In this document: positions 11,571-24,200 of the stretch, piece by piece
How the letters are laid out: every line of letters starts with the position of its first letter
Numbering within the stretch: the stretch's first letter is position 1
Source of the DNA: Ruditapes philippinarum
Lineage: Eukaryota
Reading direction: 5' to 3'
Length of the DNA stretch: 64,000 nt
Assembly (NCBI RefSeq): GCF_026571515.1
Contig: NW_026863975.1
Location: 1-64,000, forward strand
Position numbers and translations under genes: made by a program
The notes under the pieces: generated by a model
Databases searched by the model: none
Seen by the model: the letters and a program-made list of their open reading frames with translations, nothing else
Told to the model about the DNA's origin: nothing

Positions 11571-13057
11571 TGTTGACTAAAAGCTAGCCCAGTATATAAA
11601 GCGCTTGTAAACTAAAATGTCAGAGCCGTGGTATGATTTTGTCATCTCCCATATCGTGAACATTTTCAAGATGTATTTCTATTTAATTAATTAGTAGTCA
11701 TTTCGTGCAATGCTATAATTGCGTAGCCATTCTTCAATATGTCAAAATGAAATAAGTAATGTCATAAAATCCTGTAAGCGTATTTTGAATGATATTGGAT
11801 CAATGCCAATTTTACTACAGATGAATAATTTTAACCGAATGACATTTGTGGTTCAGAAACAAAAACACACAATGTATAGTATTATGTGAGTGTTTCTTTT
11901 CGCTGAATTACCATTATATTACAAACGATTGATCATTTAGTTGTAAGTGATGGAAAAAAATCCAAACAGTTTAATCTTTGTCTTTTCTGTAAAAACATGA
12001 TAGGAAAAAATATATTTTGCTATTTCTATAATTGGTTGCTACTGTTGTTTGCAAGTGATATAATTGCCGTTTTCATATTTTGTTAACATAATTTGGCATT
12101 TGAATAGTCTCTCATTGTATTACTTTCAATAAACCATCACTTTCGATGCCACTTTCACACAGGAGTTTTTTTGACAGCTAAAATTGCTTTCAGTTTATTC
12201 CCTTACACTATTGTAAATGAATAAGTATTGTTATTATGTAAAATGACCCCAAAAAAGGAAAGTTTTGCAACTCAAACCAGGCAAAAATCTAACAAAAATG
12301 GATTTTAAATATGTCTGAGCATATTACTTTCTTATCTTTTACCCTAGTGGTACATTTTTGAACTAATCTTTAAAATTAGCTGCTTCGATTCCTTGTCTTT
12401 GTTTTTGTTTAACCTAAAACATTGCTAGGTGTCTACCTAGCTTTGTAGGTTTTTCTAATAGTAATGATGTTGTATATCACCTGATATGATGTCACCTGTG
12501 TCAAAGAAACAAAACATAGAATTTATGACGTTATTTAAACATAAACCTAAGGATCCTGCTTTTAGATTTGTCTTTTCACGTCTTGACTGTGACATGCAGG
12601 CATTTAACCTATTGCACATTCCAGTACCGTCAGCCAAACCCAGCCTGTAAACATTCAATATTGCCGTTTAGGACGCTCTTTAGGAATTCCGTTTTTTTCT
12701 TTCACTCTTTCTATTTCGAGTACACAGACCAATTTTTCTAGTACATGAAATGCGATTTATAGATTTATAATGGATAAACTGGGATATCAAGTATTTCTTA
12801 AAGCTGTTTAATATATTGTCGTATAAAAGGATATAAAGTTCTCATTAAAAACGTAAATGAGTCATTACTTAAATAGTGGCAGTGGTACAAAACAGAAATT
12901 TTATTGCAAGACGAAAAGCATGGCAAATAAATATACAAAACTTGAATGATTTTATTTAAAAAAAATAAAACGATCTGACAATTTATGACATCGAATAGTG
13001 TATGCTTTCCAAAATGTTAGGTATTATGACATGAAAATAATGTTTCCCTTAAAAATT

Positions 13058-13136
13058 GAAATTGAAATCCATACAATGAATGGGATGGGGGGAATAAAAT
13101 GAAATCCATACAATGAATGGGGTAGGTGGGGTAAAT
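13058..13136. repeat. Short direct duplication (2 x ~38 bp)
   Basis: tgaaatccatacaatgaatggg occurs twice in tandem. Confidence 0.8.
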
Positions 13137-13192
13137 TACACCTTCACTTTAAAGTCATGTGGAATTTTTTATGGGTATTTTGTTTTTAATAC

Positions 13193-13376
13193 TTGAAGAC
13201 CTCACGTGTTCATTCTAGCCTTATTAAAGGTATGGACCGGCACCTGTGTGGAACCACCGATCATCCGTCAGCTATGTTTATATCTTTCATATATGAAAGA
13301 AGTTCTTTGGAGATTAAAACCAAAAGCAGAGAGGAGGGGCAAATGGTTCGATGTCGGCGACCTCAACAACGCAGTT
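13193..13376 (-). mobile_element. Older, degenerate copy of the SINE family at 11318-11570
   Basis: gaagacctca..ggcacctgtgtggaaccaccgatc..gaggggcaaatggttcgatgtcggcgacct is colinear with 11394-11566. Confidence 0.65.
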
Positions 13377-14544
13377 ATATCACATAAAATTCTCATATAT
13401 TTTTATAATGAACAAAATACAGAACCCATATTACATATTATAAATATAAAAAATGCGAGCATTACTTAATCTTCCTGGTTTTATTCTTCTGATAACCCAA
13501 CTGCGCCCGTCTTTGCTTTAGACTTTTTATAGTACAAAAAATGTATTTTATCACTTACTGAAGTTCACTTATTTAAGTGAACATGGTGTCATTCGATTTT
13601 ACGACTTGAAGTTCTTATAAGGCTGCATCTCGCCATATGAATAAACAGATCTGCAGAAGACAAACTACTTAATAGAATGATATAAAACACTATCAACATA
13701 CTTTAAAACAATATGAAAATTCATAATTGAAATGTCAAATTGCATGTTTTATACAAAATGTGGTTGAATATACAATTATCATCACTATATTTCTACTTAC
13801 ATGTTTTAATCTTTTTCTGCTATTTTGAAATGTTGTTTTATATAGAACTTCTGTACAAAACCTTTTTAAATTGAAATTATCTTCTGCTTTAAAAGGCTGT
13901 CGTACATTTCGTTTAATATCAGTATAGCCTTCTTTTTGTACATTAAATGCATATATAAAATATATAGAAATATGACCCAACAGAAAAAAGTGTATGGGGG
14001 TTTTCCTTTGTTGAAAGATGATTGGTGTACAATTGGAACATTTTTCGGAAGTATTTCAGACAAAATTAAAAATAATAAGGTATGATTTGGATAATTATTC
14101 TTATAAAATGTTGCTTGAAATAATGCTAATAAATGATGATATTAATACTTTATTCCAGAACATTCTTCATCTGCTATACTTGTATAAATATACGTAATAC
14201 CGGCTGGTTATTATGTCTGATACTAAATACTCTTAACGTAGTTATTTATGGCATTAAAGACCTTCTATTATAAACCAATTCAAACTATTTTAAGTTCTCT
14301 TCTGTCTGAAACTTCACCTTCATTTCTCTTGGAACTTACAAATAACTATTGTTACTAAGATTCCTTAAGCATTAAGCATTGGAGGTTTTGTGATTTAGTT
14401 ATTATACGGTGGGCAAAATTAATGAGTAATGACCGTTGTTGATGTAGATGTGTTGCATTTGTGTGTTTTTGTTCCTTTGTTTTTATATGTTAAAATAGAG
14501 AAATACTTGTCTGTTTACAACCACTGGTATATCATAAGGTTTTA

Positions 14545-14865
14545 CAATTCAAATATCATGGGCCCATTTCACAACAATAACATAGGTGGTGGTAGTTTAA
14601 CCTTCACAGCACAGAAAGTCACAATGAAAGCAGAGTTCAGCCACCGCATTGTTCCTGAGCAGACTGTCAAGCAGCTTACCGGTACGTTTTGCATTCGCTT
14701 AAAATTGCAAGGTGCTAATAACGTCAGTACATGCTAGGTCCAAGATACTCTCCGAATAAAAGAAGAAAGGATTTCAAAAATCAATTACGGTGAAAATGAC
14801 TCCACCAGCCGGAATTAGAACTCACAATTTCAAGCATGCACATGTGTTTTATATCGACCTGGACT
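14545..14865 (-). mobile_element. Highly degenerate SINE remnant
   Basis: Pieces ggtggtagtttaacc, tgttcctgagcagact, cttaccggtac and a B-box-like ggaattagaactcac are in the same order as in the 9142-9357 element. Confidence 0.35.
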
Positions 14866-15939
14866 GATTCCACCCTATTGTCTTCATTATCTTGCAGACG
14901 CTTAAAAATGTAAGTATAATAATTATTGATCAATCGTTTACATATTCAAAATGCGTAGCTAATCAACGAAATTACATGACCAGGGAACCAACGCAAAAAT
15001 GATAAGTAATTATCGTACCTTTCCTACATTAAATATACAATTGAAAATTCAAAGGTAAGCAAATCAACAAACATCATAAAACAAGTTTGAAAAGTTAATA
15101 GTAATTCTCGTCAGGAAATATGTGTTGTGATTTAATACAAATGATGTGTACTTTTTAAGGGGCAGTAACTTTTCGCTTCAACTAGGACCTTTTTTTCTTA
15201 AATCAAGATTTTATCTATTAAATAGTGTCTTAAACAAATTAAAATTTCGCGCTGGATTGATTCCATATAGATTGATGATGGGCCAGTTAAATTTTACATT
15301 CCTGCCAATCCTGGTAAATATAGTACCATCAGGATAAAATTAAAACATTCCACAAACAACTATTTTTCTTATGATACAAATATATGTAATATTTTTACAA
15401 AAAATACTTTATTTTCCTTTAGATTACAAATAAATACACCAATTACTCATTATACCACGATTTCATGCAGTTTTGGGACAAGCAGTTGTTTATGGGCGAT
15501 TTGATTAGGGGCGAAACGTCCTGTTTGCTCGAGGTGATCTGATTGCATTTTACGGAATATTTACAGTTAGCAAGTTTGTAAGGGCGTCGTCCCTAACATT
15601 TATACCAATACCATCATTTCTTTGTGACGATTGTTAGGTCATTCCTTAGCACTCGTTTATCATGCAGACTGAATAATACAAGAAGAAACCAGAAACTTAA
15701 AAGTGTACCTGTACAGGATAAAACCCCATTTATTTTTCGGACCGTTGTCGCACTAATATGCTATGGCAAACCCATTTGTTAAATGCATTTTTACAAAAAG
15801 TAGTAAAGACAAAAACAAAACATATTAACTTTCCAAATAAAACAATTTGAGTTTTAATTTGTTTAAAGGGCCTAAAAGTAGGGATCGATTTTGCAAAAAA
15901 AAAAAACAGCCCGGCAGAAAGAAACCGGTAGCTTTTTGT

Positions 15940-18850
15940 TATAGAGAGAGAAGAAGAAATATCGACGGTCCAAAAACGATCATGCCACGCGGAAATTTCT
16001 AGGAAATATTTCTCGAGTTACGTCTTTGGGCTTTATATTGTACAAATGAGACTATCCAAACTTGTACAAAATCGAATCCGTATTTGAATCAGACAAATGG
16101 TATTTAAACGGTTAGCTCTGGAAACTGGTGTATATTTCACTTTATCTTATAGAATTTAAATACAGAAATAACAAATCGATGGTCCAAAAAGCGACAATTT
16201 AACTGGCACCTCTACCTATAACTTTTCTTACGGTAGAGCTATGAACCTTATATTGCTGTGAAGAAGATCATCTAAACTAAAATAACCAACCAGATAATTA
16301 CATTAAGTTTAAGTACGTAGCCTTTCATTATACAATAACTTACTGTGCATGATCTCAATTCATATTAGAACGTTCTCTAAAGTGCGTTTTTCTATTGTCG
16401 CTCTAAATTTACTTTCATTTTTATAAAGTTTTGAAATAATGTAAATCTCAGTTTTAGAAGATTGCTGTCTCTAAGATGTTGCTTTTACAGTCGATTCACG
16501 GTTATAGAGAGAGAACAGCAAATCGACGGTCCAAAAAAACGACCATACCTCGCGGAAATCTCTAGGACAAAATTCTTTGCTTAGGTCTTGCGCAAAGAAG
16601 ATCCTCCAAACTTGTATAAAATGGAATCCGCAATGGAATCAGACAAACGCTGTACGGTTGGCTCTAGAAAATGGTATTTTTATACACTTAATATACACAA
16701 AGAACAAATCGCCGGAACATACAACCACCATGCCACGCGGTTAATAATTGCTTGAGTTAGGGCTTTTGGCTTTATTTTGTGCAACGAAAACCATCCGAAA
16801 TTGAATCTGCATTGGAATCAGACAAAGGGTTTTTAAACGATTGGCTGTGGAAAATGGTTTTATTTTCCGAAAAGTTATACAATTTATCTACACAAAGAAC
16901 AAATCTCCGGTCTAAAAAGTGACCATGACATGCGGAAAACTCCAGGACATATTTCTCGGGTTATGGCTAAAGGCTTTATATAGTGCAAAAAAAAACCTGC
17001 CAACTTGTACAAAATCGAATCCGCATTGGAATCAGACAAATGTCATTTTAACGAGTGGTTATGAAAAATGGTGTATTTTCCGAAAATTTATACAATTTAT
17101 AAGAAGAAAAAACAAATCGCTGGTCCAAATAAGGACCATGCCATGCGGAAATCTCCCGTACATATTTCTAGTGTTAGGGCTTTGGACTTTATATTGTGTA
17201 AGGAACACCCTCCAAACTTATACAAAATTGAATCTGCACTTGAATCAAGCATATGGTGTTTAAACGGTTGGCTCAAGAAAATGGTGTGTATTTTACTAAA
17301 TCTTATAGAATTTATATACATAAAGCTCGAAATTTTATTTCGAAAATCTGTACACTTAATATACAGAAACAAAACGCCGGTACAAAAAACCTATCATTCC
17401 ACACGGAAATATCACGGATATTTTGCTTTTGGTAGTGCTAAGGCCTAACATTGTTATAATGAAGACCCACCAAACTCGTACAAAACCGAATCAACAACGG
17501 AATCAAACAGTTGGGGTTAAAGTAGTTGCCTCGAGAATATTTTGGGGATTTTTTACGAAAATTTATACACATAAATAACAAATCGCCGATGCAAAAACAA
17601 ACGACCATGCCGCGTGGAAATATTACGGACATTTTTCTTGGGCTAGGGCTTTGGACCTTTTTGGACCCTATAAAATTCTACAAAATCGTAACCGCAATGG
17701 AATCAGCCAAATGGTGATTAAGCAGTTGAATAATATTGTGTTTGTATCTTCGAACATTAATACAGTTTTTATACAGAAAGTACAAATAGTCGGTAAAAGA
17801 AACGACCATTCCACGAGAAAACTCCCGCACAGTTTGCTTGGGTTAAGGGTGTTTATCTTATATTCTAAAAACGACCATGCCACGCGGAAATCTCGAGCCA
17901 ATATTCCTTAGCCTTATAATGCTATAAAGAACATTCTCCAACCTAATGGAATATTTATTCCGCAACGGCAGTATACAACTTGTGTTTTAACGGTTGACAG
18001 CAGAAAATGGTGATTTTTACAAGTATTTATACTCTTTCTATATACTGGAATAACAAGTCACTGATAGGATTCTCAAAACTCATACAATTGCTAATCTGCA
18101 ACAATATTATAATAATGGTGTTTTAACACTTGACGAAAATGTATACAATTTATTTACTTACAAACAAATCTCAAATGGAAAGAGTGACTTTACATCGCAG
18201 TCATTTTTTTCTTGCGTTAGAGCCTAATATTGCTGTTAGAAATCTTCCAATGTAATAAAATCGAACGAATAGCCTTTTTTGAAGTATGTAGCGTTCATGT
18301 CATGAACGGTTGCCTTTAAAAATTGTTTTTTTTTACGAAAACATTTACACATTATTTTGAAAATAAACAAATTGCCGGTCCAAAAACCGAGCATGCCATG
18401 CTGAAATCTCGGTGCCATATTCCTTGGTCCAGAGCTATATGCTATGATCAGCTATGATGATGTAAAAAGAAATCTACAAATTTATATAATTTCCGATAAG
18501 GACCGAAATAAAAAAAAATGGTGTTTGAAAGGTTGTCGTCAAAAGATGATGTTTATAAGAAAATGATTACACTTTATTATAAACAATAACTAGTCGCCGA
18601 AACAATAAGACGTAAATCTAACGTCTATATTCTTTGTCCTTAAGCTCGGTGTCATATATTGCTGTGAAGAAGAACATCCAAATTAATACAATTTTAATCC
18701 GGAACGGAATCACACCAATGATGTTTAAAAGTTTGGCAGCAGAATATGGTGCATTTTCCAAAAGTGTACCCTTTATATAAAAAAAGAACAAATTGCCGGT
18801 CCAAAAAAACGACCATACATCGCTGAAATCTAAAGGCCATAATCCTCCAA
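15940..18850. repeat. Old, diverged tandem array, ~13-14 units of ~190-215 bp, interrupted at ~16280-16500
   Basis: Recurrent aacaaatcgccggtccaaaaa(a)cgaccatgccacgcggaaat...caaacttgtacaaaatcgaatccgcattggaatcagacaaa at about 15960, 16175, 16520, 16705, 16900, 17115, 17370, 17580, 17785, 18370, 18590 and 18790. Confidence 0.85.
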
Positions 18851-20780
18851 AATCTCCAAGTGATATATGGATGTAATGATGATGTATATGTGTAATGCAA
18901 AGGATTGTATGAACACTATGATGTGCCTTGCCATATATTTTGTGTTGTGGGTTTTAATGAGATAATTTCATTAAGACAATCACAGAGATATAACAATCTC
19001 TGTTATAGGCTATAGAGATCTGAATCTACGATACTACCTTCATTTTACTTAAAAGATTCTTCACAAAACCCTTGATATTTTATTATTTGTTTATATTTAA
19101 GTGTTGATATTATTAAAAGATGACTTTGTAAGGTTTTGATATTATATCATTTTTTGTGAATTTTATTGTGATGTTTTATTCATAAAACGTCTGTTATTAA
19201 ATATATTCAATGACCTTGCCCATCAAGGTCAAATTATTTGAATTTGTTTCTTTTGTCATAACTGTTGTATTTACTTATAGACTTGATTTACATTTGCACA
19301 AAAAAGAACACATGTGACACAACTGACATATTTAATTATTCTGATTTGACATTGACCTTCAATTGATATTGGCTCTCTTGGTCAAGTTATTTACCAAGAG
19401 TAGCATAACTTAGTTATAAATTATGTATTTGATTCATACTTGAAGTGAAAAAAGAGCACTTATTTCTACACTGAGGAGATGACAAATGTGACCTTGACCT
19501 TTGAAAGCCATTGACTAGGTCCAATATAAAAATTGAGTTTTATTTTGTGAAAGGAAAATTATCTTTCGTAGGAGCGCTCTTTACTATAATATTCTTCATT
19601 TTGTGTGTTTGTAGAAATAAGAATAAGAAAAAGTCCACTGAGTCACCCAAGCCGGTGGTTCTTGTTTTTTTTATTACATTTGCTATTGAACATTAGAATA
19701 AGCTAAAGATACCATAAAACTGAAACTGAAAAAAATCAATATTAATAGTTTAAGCAGTAAATACTGTAACAGTACTTTTGATTATAAGTCATAATTGCCA
19801 CAAATTTAAGGACTAATTTCAGATATAATCATAGAAAAATATTCAAAATTTATATTATATTTATAACAAAAAGTAGTAGAATCTTTATTCACAATATATA
19901 CATGATAAAAATCTGTAAGAAGAGTGATCCCTCGGAAACATTTATGACAACAAAATAACATAAAAACTGCAGACTCGGTTTGACTGAGTCTGTACATGAG
20001 GGGTAAGTTAATAACATACAGCATCAAAACCATTTCAAGTAAACAATGCATTTTCATTTTAAAAGAATACGAAATACCAGTCAAGAATTTATTCAGCATA
20101 AAACATACTAATACAAATAAGAAATGCATATAGCATATATAAATTCAATATACAGTGTAAACAAAAACAAAAAAATTAAACAAAAAAAAACATATGGACA
20201 TAAATGTTTTCAGTATTAATCATAAAGTAATCAACAGAAGAGGTTGTTTCAAACGAAAATTTACGATTAAAAATAAAATTATGACAAGGAATGATTCATT
20301 TACTTAAGACACATATATTTATATAACGAAATTTCTTTACTTATCTATAATAATTATCTTGTTGAATTATACAATTCTTTTTATATACAAGAGAAACAAA
20401 TCTATCTCGGTAACATCTATCGTTTTTCTTTTTTGAATTGTTGACATGAGAGCTATAAATTAATAAAATGTTGGACACTTGCAATGAAAGCGTTTAAAAT
20501 TTCATAAATTCTATATGGCTTCTAATATTACTTGTTACAGGGACAGATCCAGAATTATGATCATTGAAAAATATTCAAATGTAATATTTAGTCATAAATA
20601 ATGTTATTCCTTTATTTATATCGACTTGTATCTTATGTTTTGTACTCACCGTGACGGCTTTAGTTCAATTAAAATGCTTCAATTTTTCTGCTTTGGCTAC
20701 TCGTTCATGCAATATTCTTAGGTTTGTTTTGAATCAAATGTACCAATGAAGAATGTTTTCAAAATAAAAGAATATTTCCT

Positions 20781-20843
20781 GTTAGTTAGTAAGTTAGTAG
20801 ATAGTTAGTTAGTGAGTGAGTGAGTTAGTTAGTTAGTGAGTGA
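20781..20843. repeat. (GTTA)n/(GTGA)n compound microsatellite
   Basis: Directly visible. Confidence 0.9.
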
Positions 20844-21102
20844 TAATGATAATGAGGACTGAAATGTGGTCAAAACTAAACATTCATGGTGTAAACACTG
20901 TGTTTTCTTTATCGGCAATTATGGATTCGGTTATTCGAGACGTTTCTTATTAATTAAATTGAAACGTTATAGTAACTGTTGTTTTTCAAAAATGTATTTA
21001 TTTTCAGAAAACTTCATACAAACTATTTAAATATGTATGTACACCGACTGAAAGGTTTAACAAATAAATCTAGAATAAGAGCAGCACAATAAATCAAACT
21101 GT

Positions 21103-21215
21103 TCATTGGAAAACAAAAAGAAACATAGCTAAGACTCCGAGGATAGCACCAACCAGTCCAGCTACCATAAACAGCCCACTGACCCAAGCGTCCTTTGCTT
21201 CGAAATTTGCGTATC
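21103..21215 (-). CDS. NLR terminal exon 6 encoding a transmembrane tail (GYANFEAKDAWVSGLFMVAGLVGAILGVLAMFLFVFQ*)
   Basis: Acceptor ttttgtataatttcag|, phase-1 match to the donor ACAG|GTAAGG at 21575/21574, and ~26 uncharged, mostly hydrophobic residues before TGA. Confidence 0.72.
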
Positions 21216-24200
21216 CTGAAATTATACAAAAATGTATTACTGTACTATATCAGCTCATGAAGATGATATATATTTCAGACTATCTAAAAATAATTTATAC
21301 ATTTACAGTACCATAACATTGACGCCAATGTGATGGATTAACAAGTTTAATTATATAAATTGTATTTTAAGATTGTGTGCTCATGCTCATTACATTTTTT
21401 TTGTTCCTATTATTTACACAACCATTTTTATCATTAAAATATTGATCATAAATTGAAAATATTTGTATTTATATTCAATATGTATTCAGACAAAAACGGC
21501 ACATATAGATTTACCTTAAATACCATTTCCTGAATACAAATTTGGTAGCTACCTAAAACTATCATCATCCTTACCTGTTTCGAATGAAAACTTTTTCTTG
21601 CTGTCGAACCTTACCCTATACTTGGTGGACTTTCTGATCTTGTTTGTTATCATATGGTATGTTAAGCAGCATGAAGGTATAATATCGCAACTTTCTATGA
21701 TAATAAGAACGGCTTTAGAAAGGTTATCGACGCTACGAATTAACTCTTCAAGTGCCGGAGTGGTTAATGTTACCTCGTAAAGATGTACACGTTCAATACT
21801 TCTCATTTCAGGAGCTAAGACGAATTTTCTACCACCAAAATCAGCATATTCAATTGCAAAACTTTTTATTTGCGTCAACTTTGTAAGGGATCCCGCCGCG
21901 TAGAGGGATACCTGTTCTTTTGAAAGGTACTTTAAGCGTAGCGTGTCAAGATTTGCTGCATTTGGCAGACTGCCTTCCAATTCCTTGTGAACATTGGTTG
22001 AAAGTCTTCCAGTATAACACATGTTTAAAACAGAAGGATTGACTCTTAGTGTTGAGATAGGTATGGTGCCAAGCCGTAACGTCTGCAGATTCTTATGTCT
22101 TGAAAGATCTAATACGCCACATTCTCCGCTGTGGTCCGAATCTTCACATTCAATATGACACAACCCAACCTCTGTCATTTCTGACTTTCCATTTATGTGA
22201 GCAAGTAAATCTTGAATGTCTGTATGAGATAAACGAATGCTATTTAGGCGTAATGACGTCAAAAGATCCATGCCAAATACTGTTCTTATAATTTCACGAG
22301 GAAGTTTTGTATACTTTGTGCGGTATTGTCCATCGATAAAGTTTGCAAAACATAAGTCGAGGCATTTTAATGATTTCTCAGAGTTTGTCAATAATTGTTC
22401 AAGATCATGTTTTGGTGGCGTAGCAATAACTTCTATCTTCTGAAGGCATTTCAAATTTGGAAGATCAATTTTTAAGAGTCTATCTGACACTTCTTTTGTT
22501 GACCTACTTTGCTCTATACTTAATGATTTGATATTATCTGTATTTTTCCGGATGATCTTTACAAGTGTTTTGAACCTTTTGTTAGTAATTGAATTATCTA
22601 ATACAATATCCTCTAGATATAAGTCAAAGTCTCGATGATTGTTTCTCAACATTTCTTGTAAGATATCAGTCTGCATAGACTGAAACGACTTTACAACTTC
22701 CCAACATTTTCGATACTCTGGTAATGACGTTCTTCCAGATAAGCGGCACCTGTAGCGACTTATTGTTTCGTCTGTTGACATTATAGACCTCTGTAAATCT
22801 GCAATATTCTCATAAGCCACAGGACTAAAGCCACCCAGGAATACAAACATATTTGACAGCTGCAAAATGGATTCCAATGTACTGTACTCCGTAAGAAGAC
22901 TCTTTTTTAAATCTAGATTGTATGGACTCGCCTGAATATACAGTGCAGCGAAATACTCTTGAATGGTTTTATGCTGAAACGAAAAGTTACTTTTCCTACC
23001 TGAAATCTTTGTATAGTCTTTATTCTGAGATAACAATCCTTTGTTAAGGAAAAGGCTTTGCTCATCGGTTGAGATAAATTTGTCCACAATATGGTCCTCA
23101 AATATAAGTGCTGATTCGTTTCTCCCACTGGTAAGTGTTTCAAATGCTAATTTCCCAAGCCTTAGAAGTTGCTGATAGTAATGCAAACACTCTTTATTTG
23201 CTGAAAAACATACAAGATGATTTACACTTTCATTTGAGGCAGTTTCTGTGACAGTCACGTCTGTAAAACTCTTACCTCGAGCAAGATTAAGTTCTATAGT
23301 GTTGCTATAGATCTGACATTGAGAATTTCCTATTGTATAGTCGTCGAACCATAGGCAAATCAATTGTAAAAATATGTAAGGTATGGACATTAAAGCATCA
23401 ATTTTTGTAGATGACACAGCGGTTCGAAAGTCTTCTACTTTTTTTGAAGTCCTATACGCTCTATTAAATAGCTTTACGGCCGAAGCTAATAACTGGTTTG
23501 ATTTTGTCTCGTCAAATTCAAGAAGCTCATATAGCATATCGATTTGACTGTTTTGAATTTTTGATGAATAAAGTTTCCATGGACGTGTTGTAGTGAGGAT
23601 TGTACAGTTTGGCCAATGTCGTCGATGGGGAATAACATCACCCTTGTGTTCGCAGTTTTCTGGATGCATCCATTCATCCAACCCATCAAGTATAATCAAC
23701 ACATTCTTTTCGAGCAATAATTTGTCCAAAAATCTTCTGCTGTAAATGTTAGGGAAAGGCATGTTTTTTTGCAACATGTGGTATATCATTTTATTGATAT
23801 GGCACTCATTTGTATCTGTTTCTTTTAAAGATATAAAAAACAATAAATCAAACATCTTCAAAGTTGTAAAATCTTCCGTTTGACTTGCTGACTTAATAAC
23901 CGGTAAATGTGCCTGGCACCATGTCAAGCAAACCTTTTTTACAAATGAGGTCTTTCCGATCCCCGCCTTTGCAATGACATAAATTTCCGTATACGGTTGT
24001 TTACCGGAAAGGAATAGATCTTTGTATGAACATATTTCATGTTTAGATGTAGAATTATTTGCATCTAGGAATGCATTTGTTATTTCTATAGATCTGATTG
24101 TTGGCTGCACGTAAACCTCTTCAAGCGGAACATCATTTTCTATTATCAACGGAGAGATAGGTAATGTTCCTTGGGAACGTCTGTAAACTTTTACCAAATC

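Noticed and set aside
16919-17911. Cluster of 60-126-aa ORFs
   Set aside because: They overlap on both strands within a degenerate tandem repeat and show no domain motifs.
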